Source of the DNA: a virus
Taxonomy: Duplodnaviria > Caudoviricetes
IMG/VR virus record: IMGVR_UViG_3300020048_000105
Coordinates: 1 to 64,000 of that record
DNA length: 64,000 nt
Strand: one strand, 5' to 3'
A program made the translations under genes and the position numbers. The notes beneath the pieces were generated by a model. It saw nothing but the letters and a program-made list of their open reading frames with translations, was not told the DNA's origin and searched no databases. Each line of letters starts with the position of its first letter. The stretch's first letter is position 1. Below are positions 18,346 through 27,329 of the stretch, piece after piece.

Positions 18346-19042
18346 AATCATCGTGCTTGAAGGCCTCGACGGCTCAGGCAAATCAACTCAAATCGAACTC
18401 ATAAAGGAGTTCTACCAATCAAAAGGACTTAAGCTAAAACACATTCATTTCCCAATGTACGGGCACAATGAAGCAAGCGCCGTCGTCTCGGCATACCTCA
18501 GAGGAGAGTACGGAGACATCAACACGGTGCGGCCTCAGTTCGTTGGGATGATATACGCAATGGACAGGTTCTTTTACCTTCCACAGTTGCTTATCGATCT
18601 CGAAGAAAACGATATCGTCCTCATGGACAGGTACGTGTTTTCAGGCATGGCATTTCAAGGAGCCAAGTTCAACCTTGAGCATGATGCTATACGCATAATG
18701 AACTGGCTCTACAACTACGAGTTCGATTTTCTCAAGCTCCCAATGTATGACCTTAGCATATTCATTGACGTTCCTATTGAATCTATCGAGGAGAGGTTAA
18801 AGATACGTGCCGACGATGAGAATCGAGATTATCTCAATGGCAAAGCGGACATCCACGAAGCAGACATTGAGTTCCAAAAGAGAGTAAGGGATAACTACCT
18901 ACGGATTTACAATGATGAAGTGTATTTCAATTTCACAAGAAACATGAACAGACACGTTAAATGCGAGAAAATGACGCCAGCCGAGATATTCATGCAGTAT
19001 GCAAAATTGCTCGAAACTGTTCTAACATATCAAACACGATGA
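18332..19042 (+). CDS. tmk: Thymidylate (dTMP) kinase
   Basis: IIVLEGLDGSGKSTQ P-loop, MDRYVFSGMAFQG. Confidence 0.92.
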   Translation: MSKAKIIVLEGLDGSGKSTQIELIKEFYQSKGLKLKHIHFPMYGHNEASAVVSAYLRGEYGDINTVRPQFVGMIYAMDRFFYLPQLLIDLEENDIVLMDRYVFSGMAFQGAKFNLEHDAIRIMNWLYNYEFDFLKLPMYDLSIFIDVPIESIEERLKIRADDENRDYLNGKADIHEADIEFQKRVRDNYLRIYNDEVYFNFTRNMNRHVKCEKMTPAEIFMQYAKLLETVLTYQTR

Positions 19043-19290
19043 GAAAGAAAGAAAAAGTCGAGAGACACATATCGGAGTTCACCGACTGGAAGCTCCAGTT
19101 CACGCTCACAAAGCCAAAAGGCCTCTTAAGCGTAGGATTCTACGTGAGTCCTGAAGACTCGTGGTTCCTCGAGGTGGTAACTTACAAAACAAAATCAGGC
19201 TCGATATCAGAAACGAGCATGATAATCGAAAAAGATGCGGCAACTTGGAAGTCCCACTTGGGTACGCAGGGTTACACGGTCGTAAAATAA
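19039..19290 (+). CDS. Hypothetical protein; start revised to ATG 19039
   Basis: ATGA overlap with the tmk stop. Confidence 0.6.
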   Translation: MRKKEKVERHISEFTDWKLQFTLTKPKGLLSVGFYVSPEDSWFLEVVTYKTKSGSISETSMIIEKDAATWKSHLGTQGYTVVK

Positions 19291-19424
19291 CACAAATTTA
19301 ACACATAAAAATTGTACTTTTGGCAGCAAATGTGTTATATTGGAATAAATACTTAAAACTTTTTGGATATTCATAGATATAATAAATAAATCTAAAAACT
19401 AAAATAACTTAAACTTTCACCGTT

Positions 19425-19730
19425 ATGTCAAAGAAAAATGAAGTGGACGCTGTCACAGCTCCAGTGGTTGACTCAGCTCAATCGATTGAACAAAACGCTT
19501 ACGTACCTACGTACAAAATCAAACCCGAATTCAAGAAAGCAGTCTTAGCTGCTATTGGAGATCGGCCATTCAACGAAATCGCTGGCCTCGTGCAAGCAAT
19601 CGATGTGGACGTGATGGACCACCAAACACTTACTCAAGTTATGAATGCAATGGGTAACTTCCCATTCGTGAAGGTCGAAGGCCTCATGAAAAACATCGGT
19701 AATCTGGTAACACAAATTGTGGAAGATTGA
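19425..19730 (+). CDS. Hypothetical protein with two internal ~36-aa repeats
   Basis: AVLAAIGDRPFNEIAGLV vs QVMNAMGNFPFVKVEGLM. Confidence 0.7.
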   Translation: MSKKNEVDAVTAPVVDSAQSIEQNAYVPTYKIKPEFKKAVLAAIGDRPFNEIAGLVQAIDVDVMDHQTLTQVMNAMGNFPFVKVEGLMKNIGNLVTQIVED

Positions 19731-19745
19731 TAATTGACGAAAGTG

Positions 19746-19769
19746 ATATATAGAATAAACACATTCTAT
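19746..19769 (+). promoter_or_regulatory. Late promoter plus AUG-overlapping hairpin (HNH gene)
   Basis: ATATATA 19746-52; ATAGAAT (19750-56) pairs with ATTCTAT (19763-69), which includes the AT of the ATG. Confidence 0.65.
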
Positions 19770-20553
19770 GGATCATTTGAAAATTTATAATGAAATTATT
19801 GATAATGCTAAGAGTGAAAACCGTAAAAAACTTAAACGTGAAAACATTCTATATCAATATTTTGAAAAGCATCATATTGTGCCAAGGTGCTTAAATGGCA
19901 GCGATGACAAAGATAATTTAATTTTACTTACAGCAAAAGAACATTATCTTTGTCATCGCCTACTAATTCATATGTACCCTACTAATTTAGGTGTTAAATA
20001 TGCTTTTTATAGAATGACGTTTGATAAAAAGGGTAAACACTTCATAAGTTCATTGGATTATGCATATGCAAGAGAATTGTATCATAGCATTCCAAAAAAA
20101 TCACATTATGAACGATGGGTAGAAAAATATGGCAAAGAAGAGGCGGATAGAAAATATACTAATATGATTTTTAAGCTTAAAAATCATATATTTTCAGATG
20201 AACATCGCAAAAATCTTAGTATACGTCAAAAAGGTATATCTAAACAACCTTTAACATCAGAACATAAACAAAAAATTAGCAAAGCAAATGAAGGACGACA
20301 AGTTTCGCTAGAAACCCGAGATAAAATATCTATTGCAAATTCAGGCAAAATATGTTCAAATGAAACAAGAGAAAAAATAAGTAAATCATTGGAAGGAAAT
20401 GTTCTTTCTATTGAAACTAAAACAAAAATCTCTGATGGAAATAAGGGAAAGATTGTATCTGAAGAAACTAAACAAAAAATGCGCAAACCAAAATCGGCAG
20501 AGCATAAAGCAAATATTGCTAAAAATCATTGGAAACATAAAATTAAAACATAG
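19768..20553 (+). mobile_element. Free-standing HNH homing endonuclease (Mob-like) with NUMOD3 repeats
   Basis: EKHHIVPRCLNGSDDKDNLILLTAKEHYLCH; repeated S.ETR.KIS units; AT-rich. Confidence 0.88.
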
Positions 20554-20583
20554 CCCACACATACACAAAAATAAATTTTCTAC

Positions 20584-21216
20584 ATGAGCAAAAAACAGTT
20601 AGGATTACAGACGATTGCATTGAATTTTATTGAGGACAAGAGTAACAACAATTTTCGTGAGTTAATAAATCGCTTAAGGCCAGGGATCGTATCTTTCGCA
20701 TACAAGTATGTTAAAGACAGAGACTTGGCGAACGAAGTATCTTCGAGAGTTTTTATCACAATTTGGAAAAAGATCGATCAGTATAAGACCCAGTACAACT
20801 TTTCAACCTGGGCTTATGCTATCGCAAAGAATGAGGCATTAGGCATGCTTCGTAACAAAAACAAAACCATCTCACTGGATAAGTGCATGGCCGGAAACTC
20901 AAAGTTCTTTCAGTCATACAACCCATCCTTTTCGATGGACACAGAATGTATGGGACCACAAGGAGAGGACATCATTGACCAGCTCTATGATGCATCGATA
21001 TCGGCGATCAAGCAGTTAGATCAACCTTACCAAGCAGTAATGATTGAAAGGGAGATCAACAAAAAACCTCTAAGCGACATAGCGGACGACTTAGGTTGGA
21101 ACCTTTCAACCGTTAAGACTCGCCTTCGTAAAGCTCGCAAGGATGTTGCCGACGTACTTCAGAAACAATACCCATCGCTCGTGGACTCATACTTCACCAG
21201 CCAAAATGAAGACTAA
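20584..21216 (+). CDS. RNA polymerase sigma-70 factor, ECF-like
   Basis: Region 2 (DLANEVSSRVFITIW...FSTWAYAIAKN) and region 4 HTH (IADDLGWNLSTVKTRLRKAR). Confidence 0.88.
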   Translation: MSKKQLGLQTIALNFIEDKSNNNFRELINRLRPGIVSFAYKYVKDRDLANEVSSRVFITIWKKIDQYKTQYNFSTWAYAIAKNEALGMLRNKNKTISLDKCMAGNSKFFQSYNPSFSMDTECMGPQGEDIIDQLYDASISAIKQLDQPYQAVMIEREINKKPLSDIADDLGWNLSTVKTRLRKARKDVADVLQKQYPSLVDSYFTSQNED

Positions 21217-21217
21217 C

Positions 21218-21733
21218 ATGAAAAACAAAGAAGCTAAACCAGTTATGAAGCCATCCTTTTTTAAGAGGTTTGGCTTCAGCAACTGGGGTTTAGTCAAAGC
21301 GTACCGAGACATCGAGAACTTTCTCGATTGGAAACGTACGATCGACAAGCAGGTAGCTGACCCGAAATCACAGTACAACAAGTGGGGTCTGGAGCACACA
21401 AAGCTCTATGACATATTTACCACGGTGTCCATTGATGAGCAGTACGGTAGCCTTCCTGAACAGATTCAGCGCACTCAGCTCGTAGAAATGCTCAACCCGC
21501 TACATCGTTACTTAGACGATGATCTTGGGTTCGCTGAGTGTTTGAACTGCGAGTTCAACCAGTTCGTTGATGAAAAAGAAAAACCAACACTCTCTTACTT
21601 GATCGTTTATCGTTTCAACTTCAACAAACTATCGATCACTTGGATAGCTAAAATGTTGATATTGCTTGGTGTTCTATCTTACGGGGCATTTCACCTTTCA
21701 ACTATCGTAGCATGGCTTTCCAGTTTGATGTAA
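21218..21733 (+). CDS. Hypothetical protein with C-terminal TM anchor; start revised
   Basis: ATG 2 nt after the sigma stop; hydrophobic C-terminus. Confidence 0.65.
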   Translation: MKNKEAKPVMKPSFFKRFGFSNWGLVKAYRDIENFLDWKRTIDKQVADPKSQYNKWGLEHTKLYDIFTTVSIDEQYGSLPEQIQRTQLVEMLNPLHRYLDDDLGFAECLNCEFNQFVDEKEKPTLSYLIVYRFNFNKLSITWIAKMLILLGVLSYGAFHLSTIVAWLSSLM

Positions 21734-21737
21734 GTAT

Positions 21738-22514
21738 ATGGCATTCACATTCAACATTGAAAATATAAAATGGCAAAAAGGTTCTTATGGGCTGCCTGAG
21801 GCAGTCTATAAGATCAAAGTGCCAGGGATAACTACGGTCATAGGCGAGATGCTTCCAAACCCCGAGTTCGACGCATTCGTAATAGAAGTTGGAAAGGAAA
21901 AGGCAGACCAGATCATGACGGCCGCTGGCAACAGGGGAACCGCCATGCACACGTTTATTGAGACCTTTATGTCTACCTATTCGAAATCAGGCGATGTCTC
22001 TGAAGCCCTCAGAGTGACTCAAGAAGAAAGCCCGAAACTTTTGTTGGAAGAGAAAATACCTGAATCTAAGATAGAAGAGGGGCGGAAGCTCTTCTACAAG
22101 TTCTACTACTCAGAGTACCCACAACGCTACAAGAACATCGTGGCAATCGAGATGGGAGTGTTCTCTCCTTCCTTGTTCTATCGAGGAAAGCTCGACATAC
22201 TCTACAAAGACCCACTATTTGGTTTGTCTATCACCGACTTGAAGTCTTCCAATGGGAGGATCAAAAAGGGAAGCTCCAAAGAGATATCGTATTTCTTCCA
22301 GCTTGGCGGATACGCAAACGCTTTTGAAGAGATGTACAAGGAGAAGAACATCGTAATCAACCAAGCATCGATACTTTGTGTCGATAAGCAGACCGACCTT
22401 TTGCAAGACATATCGTTGACTGGAACCGAGCTTGCAGAGTACAAAGAAAAGTTCAGAAACTTGGTAAAAGAGTACCATCGTAAAAATGGGCAAGAATACT
22501 TACTAACAAATTAA
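21738..22514 (+). CDS. PD-(D/E)xK exonuclease (RecB/Cas4/YqaJ-like)
   Basis: RGTAMH, YRGKLD, ITDLKSS, FQLGGYA motifs. Confidence 0.85.
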   Translation: MAFTFNIENIKWQKGSYGLPEAVYKIKVPGITTVIGEMLPNPEFDAFVIEVGKEKADQIMTAAGNRGTAMHTFIETFMSTYSKSGDVSEALRVTQEESPKLLLEEKIPESKIEEGRKLFYKFYYSEYPQRYKNIVAIEMGVFSPSLFYRGKLDILYKDPLFGLSITDLKSSNGRIKKGSSKEISYFFQLGGYANAFEEMYKEKNIVINQASILCVDKQTDLLQDISLTGTELAEYKEKFRNLVKEYHRKNGQEYLLTN

Positions 22515-22566
22515 TGTCGACAGGCATGGATTACAACGAATACAAAAACTAATACGAAACAATACT

Positions 22567-23184
22567 ATGGCAAAGAAAAAAGAACAAGAGCCTGAACTTA
22601 TCATAACGAAGGGCGAAGAAAAAGAAGTGCAAGAACTACCAAAGCCTACGCCCGAAGAAGTTGAGCAGTACAAAGCCGATTTCGAAAAGAGCCTCGAGGA
22701 CTTCCACGCAACTCGTTGGGACTTGGCAGAATCGAAAGGAGCTTTCGCAAGCCAAGAAGTGGCTATGTTCCTCCTCGACTACATGAAGAGATTCGCAATG
22801 TGGTCGAAAAACGGATGGATGGGAATGATCAAGATGGACGAAGAGATCAAAGCAGCTCAAAAGGCCATCACCGACGAAGTTCCATTTAGTTTGGATTACC
22901 AGGGAATTGAGTTTTGTGCATACATGCTCCTGAACCCAGGTGGAATAGGACTCCAAGCTGCACTCGATTTCGAGACGATAGCTGACAAGTACGCAAAGGT
23001 GAGCATGACCGTTGCTAAACAACAAGAAGACGCAAGGAAGACCTTAAGAGAAATCGCTTGGAAGCAAGAGAGATACACTGCAGGTGTTCAAGGATTCTAC
23101 TTATCCGAGCTTGAGCCTGAAATCGAACACGAAGTTGAAGTCGACGGAGAGGGAGAAGAATGTGACGACTGTGATCAAGACTAA
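22567..23184 (+). CDS. Hypothetical acidic protein
   Basis: 205 aa ORF followed by a terminator. Confidence 0.7.
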   Translation: MAKKKEQEPELIITKGEEKEVQELPKPTPEEVEQYKADFEKSLEDFHATRWDLAESKGAFASQEVAMFLLDYMKRFAMWSKNGWMGMIKMDEEIKAAQKAITDEVPFSLDYQGIEFCAYMLLNPGGIGLQAALDFETIADKYAKVSMTVAKQQEDARKTLREIAWKQERYTAGVQGFYLSELEPEIEHEVEVDGEGEECDDCDQD

Positions 23185-23203
23185 TCAAGACAAACACTTT
23201 ATG

Positions 23204-23234
23204 AAAGGCCTAAGCGAAAACTTAGGCCTTTTTT
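23204..23234 (+). terminator. Intrinsic terminator
   Basis: AAAGGCCTAAG/CTTAGGCCTTT stem plus Ts. Confidence 0.8.
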
Positions 23235-23276
23235 GTGTATATAAGATATGGATAAATAAAGCAAAATAGACTAAAC

Positions 23277-23597
23277 ATGACACCAAAACTCTTCTTTACA
23301 AACAACTGCAAGTACTTTGCCATCGCGTTCTTTGCGTTGTTTCTCATTAAATCGATGCAAAGCTGTAACCGAGGAAACGAGCTTGCAACGATGCAGCAAA
23401 AGTACGACACTATCGTATCTTCGCTAAATGAACAGAACTCACTTCTGATGGATAGCATAAAGACTCTACAGTTCAGCTTGTCAATGGCAAATCAGAGAGC
23501 TCAATCGTCCGAGGAAAAAGTGACTGCAGTGCAGAACACTGTCGATAAGATCAAAACAAACACAACCATCACAGTTAAAAGCGCTGAACAAAAATAA
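23277..23597 (+). CDS. Membrane-anchored coiled-coil protein (spanin-like or lipoprotein candidate)
   Basis: N-terminal hydrophobic helix ending in MQSC, then a coiled coil. Confidence 0.55.
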   Translation: MTPKLFFTNNCKYFAIAFFALFLIKSMQSCNRGNELATMQQKYDTIVSSLNEQNSLLMDSIKTLQFSLSMANQRAQSSEEKVTAVQNTVDKIKTNTTITVKSAEQK

Positions 23598-23606
23598 TCT
23601 AATCTC

Positions 23607-24521
23607 ATGAATCTAAAGAACTTTAAAATCACTTCAAGAGGTCTCTACTGGGGCCTGATCGTGGCGTTCGTTGCGCTTTACGTGTTCGTAGGCTTCGTAT
23701 CAACGTTGCACTCTATCACATTCTTCCAGCTGGCAAACAGTATAGGCCTTGCAATATTGCTCGGTATAACTTACGAAGTAGGCCAAGCGGCTGTGTTATT
23801 CTCTGTGCTTATGACAAAGAACAAAGATCAGTTTCTTCCTTGGGTGTTAATGATACTTCTCACAGCTCTCCAAGTAACTGCAAACGTTTTTGCATCTTTC
23901 AAGTGGATGGTAGAAAGTAAAAGCACTGACTGGATTTACTGGCAAAAAGCTATCCTCATAGGAGTCACAGCTACCCCTGAAACGTATATGATAATCATTG
24001 CATGGATAATCGGTGGTTTGCTACCAGTAGTTGCACTTGGAATGACAGCTCTTGTTGCAGCTCAGTTGAAGCACATTGAAGAATCACAGGAGCCTCAACT
24101 GACAGTCGATGATCTCATACCAACGCCTGCAACACGGGGAATGTACATGCCTGAAGCGGAAGTCCCTGATGTGTCAAAAAAAGCTAAGGAACCTATAGAA
24201 GAGGAAGCATACGTTCCTAAGTATAAAAGATTTGTAAGTCCTCTAAAGAAAAAATCTCACATAGAGCGAGTGAGCGATATCACTAAGCTGACACCGCCGT
24301 CGAAAGGAGACGAAGCGATAGCTTTAATCGAGAAAGAAGAAAAAGCCAAAGTAAAAGAATCCATTAACCAAGAGATGCTGAGCAATCTGGTGCAACATGA
24401 GATACAGCCAGAGTCATTTAAAGACCCTGCAAATGAATCACAGGTCATCGATGTAGAAGCTGTACCGAAACCAAAAGTCGTGCAAGACTTTTGGGGAAAC
24501 ATTTTAAAGGAAGGAACGTAA
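23607..24521 (+). CDS. Multi-pass membrane protein with charged C-terminal tail
   Basis: 4-5 hydrophobic helices in the first ~150 aa. Confidence 0.65.
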   Translation: MNLKNFKITSRGLYWGLIVAFVALYVFVGFVSTLHSITFFQLANSIGLAILLGITYEVGQAAVLFSVLMTKNKDQFLPWVLMILLTALQVTANVFASFKWMVESKSTDWIYWQKAILIGVTATPETYMIIIAWIIGGLLPVVALGMTALVAAQLKHIEESQEPQLTVDDLIPTPATRGMYMPEAEVPDVSKKAKEPIEEEAYVPKYKRFVSPLKKKSHIERVSDITKLTPPSKGDEAIALIEKEEKAKVKESINQEMLSNLVQHEIQPESFKDPANESQVIDVEAVPKPKVVQDFWGNILKEGT

Positions 24522-24536
24522 AAGTTCCTTTTTTTT
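24511..24536 (+). terminator. Intrinsic terminator
   Basis: AAGGAAC/GTTCCTT stem plus long T-run. Confidence 0.65.
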
Positions 24537-24598
24537 GTGTGAGAAGAGACATTTGCATTTGTCAATGGTGAATAAATAATAAAAATAAGAGTACTCAC

Positions 24599-25600
24599 AT
24601 GACAGATTTATTCAACAATACTTCTAACGACTACATATACCCGGACCTGCCGCAATGCGCAGGTGCGGCAGATGGCTACACTTTCGAGTTTCTTCCGGGA
24701 GAGCAAGTGGGGATCGTTTCAGGAAGCAACATAATTGCATCGATGGGGCTTGGCGACATAATGCAATCAGTCACAGGCTGGGTACAGCAAACGAAGGTAT
24801 TACAGCCGGGCGAGCTAATATTCGTACAAGGAGGAACAAAAGGAATAACAAAAGCTACCCAGTATTTTTACATAACAGACACTTCGCTTTTGACGCACTC
24901 AAGAGATTACATGAGTGTTGACCTATCAATAAACTACTACAACAACTTTAGATACAATTTAGGTACAACAGTCTCGGCAACATCAGACTTTGCAAATGGA
25001 ATAGACATTGAAGCCGCATTAAACATGGCGTTCGATGCTAAAGGAATAAAAGTTCAAGCAACCTATACCGACGCTAGCTCTCTCGTATTCACAGGAACTC
25101 AGGAAGGCTACTACTACGATGTTACGATAGTTAACTCAAACACGTTCGTTCCAAATGCGAGTACGTTCGCAGAAGTTCTCGTTGAAGATGCTTCTCTATC
25201 AGTTCCTGCATTCAAGTACCCTAACTCAGCAATGCTTGGATACGTTCTTAAAGTTACTTACGACCCAGCTCTTTACGAGTACGCAAAGTGGATAGAGATT
25301 AACCACGTTCCAGACGAAATAACGCTTTTCACAACTGCCGATGGAAGCACATACACCAGAGAAGTTAAGAGTGTAGACGTTGGAAAGAGTGGCACATCTT
25401 GCGACCCGACGGCCCTAAGTGCGGCAGACTACCTAGACTACATCGAGACTAATAGCTTATGGGAAAAAGTAGGTGTTTTGAGGATGTGGCTTTCAACTAG
25501 TGACCCTGCCAATTCAAATATTGAGAACCTCATAACGGGATTCTATGTGTTCAATCCTACTACATCAGTAGTGAAAATTGATTATATGACTATAAACTAA
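24599..25600 (+). CDS. Hypothetical beta-rich protein, probable virion component
   Basis: 333 aa, T/S/Y-rich, several D-x-S motifs. Confidence 0.65.
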   Translation: MTDLFNNTSNDYIYPDLPQCAGAADGYTFEFLPGEQVGIVSGSNIIASMGLGDIMQSVTGWVQQTKVLQPGELIFVQGGTKGITKATQYFYITDTSLLTHSRDYMSVDLSINYYNNFRYNLGTTVSATSDFANGIDIEAALNMAFDAKGIKVQATYTDASSLVFTGTQEGYYYDVTIVNSNTFVPNASTFAEVLVEDASLSVPAFKYPNSAMLGYVLKVTYDPALYEYAKWIEINHVPDEITLFTTADGSTYTREVKSVDVGKSGTSCDPTALSAADYLDYIETNSLWEKVGVLRMWLSTSDPANSNIENLITGFYVFNPTTSVVKIDYMTIN

Positions 25601-25602
25601 GT

Positions 25603-26160
25603 ATGAAAAAGAAGAAATCGTTAAAAGAATCGATGGGTGCTGGCTTCTCAATGACCAGTGGAGCTCGCAACATGTTTCGTTCGCGAGGAGGGTTTGGTGG
25701 AGCAAGCAACCTCGGTGGCGGCAACTCAATGTACACATACGAGATAAAGCCTTTGAACCACACTCTTGAACCAAAGCCAAACACGGTAGACACAACAATA
25801 AACTTCATGAGGCTCGGTTCAAAGATATCGGCGGTGCCTCTAAGGACAAACGCAACACCTACTCAAGTACGTATTAGAGGAATACTCAAAGAGATAAAAG
25901 AAACTGAGAATGGATCTATAATGTACTATGTCGTATTCGACGAAGCTACAGCACAGATGGTAAAATGCGACCCACTAACTGCTAGGCTCATAATCGAAGA
26001 CCCGGTGACCAAGCAGTACCCAGCGACTGACACCATTCCAAGCGGAAGAGAGAAGAAGATAAAAGAAAAAGTTGCAGAAAAGAAAAAGAAGCAACTTGTC
26101 TCAGAAAACTTGATAGAATCGATCGAAAGAAAGAAGTACTTCAGAGGTTTCGACGAGTAA
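25603..26160 (+). CDS. Hypothetical protein
   Basis: 185 aa; MKKKKSLKES start, Gly-rich stretch. Confidence 0.7.
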   Translation: MKKKKSLKESMGAGFSMTSGARNMFRSRGGFGGASNLGGGNSMYTYEIKPLNHTLEPKPNTVDTTINFMRLGSKISAVPLRTNATPTQVRIRGILKEIKETENGSIMYYVVFDEATAQMVKCDPLTARLIIEDPVTKQYPATDTIPSGREKKIKEKVAEKKKKQLVSENLIESIERKKYFRGFDE

Positions 26161-26168
26161 ACGCACAA

Positions 26169-26198
26169 ATGGAGCTAAGTTTTTAAATTTAGCTCCAT
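26169..26198. terminator. Hairpin between convergent gene arms (likely bidirectional terminator)
   Basis: ATGGAGCTAA/TTAGCTCCAT 10-bp stem. Confidence 0.65.
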
Positions 26199-26206
26199 CT
26201 TAGTGT

Positions 26207-27061
26207 TTAAACGTATCCGTGTTGTTTCTTCCAAGCGTTCATGCGATCTTCTACCCAAGGAATCTGGATCGAAGTGATTCTCTTATCGAGCTTGTTGACA
26301 ATTACCTTGTTATCTGGCACGTTGAACAACATTATTGCCGGGTCGCCTTCTTGCCAGTTTTCATATTGCTTAATGGCCTTTTCGATGAGTTCGGGCTTAA
26401 AGTGATCTTTTGCGCTCCAGTTCTCGAGCTTCTTACGAATGTCTTTTCTTATCCATGCCAGGTGCTGCATCCTTATGTCACCATCTGCAAAGAGATGGGT
26501 TCCAATGTTCATTGGGTTGTTTATTCTTCGTGTTGGATCTGTTGGCCCGGGTGCAGGTCCGTTGAACGTGTAATTGAAGTACGTTGAGTGTATTCCATTT
26601 ACGAAAGGACGGAATGGGTACACTAAGTAGTGCTCCATGTCTCTGTAATAATTTACATAGCTCCAATAAGTTATGGGCCAGCCGTGCTTGTTTATCTCAG
26701 ACTTTGCGAACCTAAACTGGTCGGGGTCATAGAGCTCATCTGCGTCTATGTTTAAAACGTGTGAGAAGCCTTTTTGCTTCATCATGTTTATTCCCATATT
26801 ACGTTTGTCGGTCTCTTGCTGACGAGCATAAACAGTGAGGTCGGTCTTGAACTCAATGAGTTCGTCTATAAGCCCTATCTTTTTTAGACGTTGCAGCTCT
26901 TCGAAATCTGCGGGGTCTTGTTTGTTTCCCCAGTACGATGTTGCCTGCCAGAATGCAGCTACATAATCTACTTGATCTCGTAATTGAGTGATGAGTGATT
27001 CGAGTAACTCGCTAGCGTCGAAGGCATTTATTGTGAGTGATAATTTGCGGATTGCGCCCAT
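26207..27061 (-). CDS. Glycosyltransferase, GT-A fold (family 2-like); start revised to ATG 27061
   Basis: LSLTINAFDASELL start, ETDKRNMGI, DxD motif in VLNIDADELY, MQHLAWIR. Confidence 0.75.
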   Translation of the reverse strand: MGAIRKLSLTINAFDASELLESLITQLRDQVDYVAAFWQATSYWGNKQDPADFEELQRLKKIGLIDELIEFKTDLTVYARQQETDKRNMGINMMKQKGFSHVLNIDADELYDPDQFRFAKSEINKHGWPITYWSYVNYYRDMEHYLVYPFRPFVNGIHSTYFNYTFNGPAPGPTDPTRRINNPMNIGTHLFADGDIRMQHLAWIRKDIRKKLENWSAKDHFKPELIEKAIKQYENWQEGDPAIMLFNVPDNKVIVNKLDKRITSIQIPWVEDRMNAWKKQHGYV

Positions 27062-27074
27062 ATTTTTTCTTTTA

Positions 27075-27329
27075 TTATTTCGTATTTTTGTTGTTTGGCA
27101 TCTCACCTGTAGATGCAATGCTGTAGATAACCGCAACGTCTTGCATTGTTCTGATCTGTGCATTTAATTTTAAGACATTTTCAAACTCTTCCCGGAGGTT
27201 TGCATCAGGCTTCGCCTCTTCTACAATGTGGTCATGAAGTAGTCCTATTGCGCCGTTGCGCCTTTCTCTTAACCAAGCGATTGTGGTGCCTATTGGTATG
27301 TTGTGTAGCGAATCGTCTAAGTAGATCAT
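27075..27329 (-). CDS. Hypothetical protein
   Basis: 84 aa, ATGA overlap with thyA stop. Confidence 0.6.
   Translation of the reverse strand: MIYLDDSLHNIPIGTTIAWLRERRNGAIGLLHDHIVEEAKPDANLREEFENVLKLNAQIRTMQDVAVIYSIASTGEMPNNKNTK

Noticed and set aside
21738-22514. Cas4 / CRISPR system
   Set aside because: No four-Cys Fe-S set, no other cas genes, and no repeat-spacer array seen anywhere in the window.
26207-27163. ORF-track start at 27163 (also 10960, 18961, 21143)
   Set aside because: These extensions overlap upstream genes; downstream ATGs next to the preceding stops (27061, 11008, 19039, 21218) fit better.
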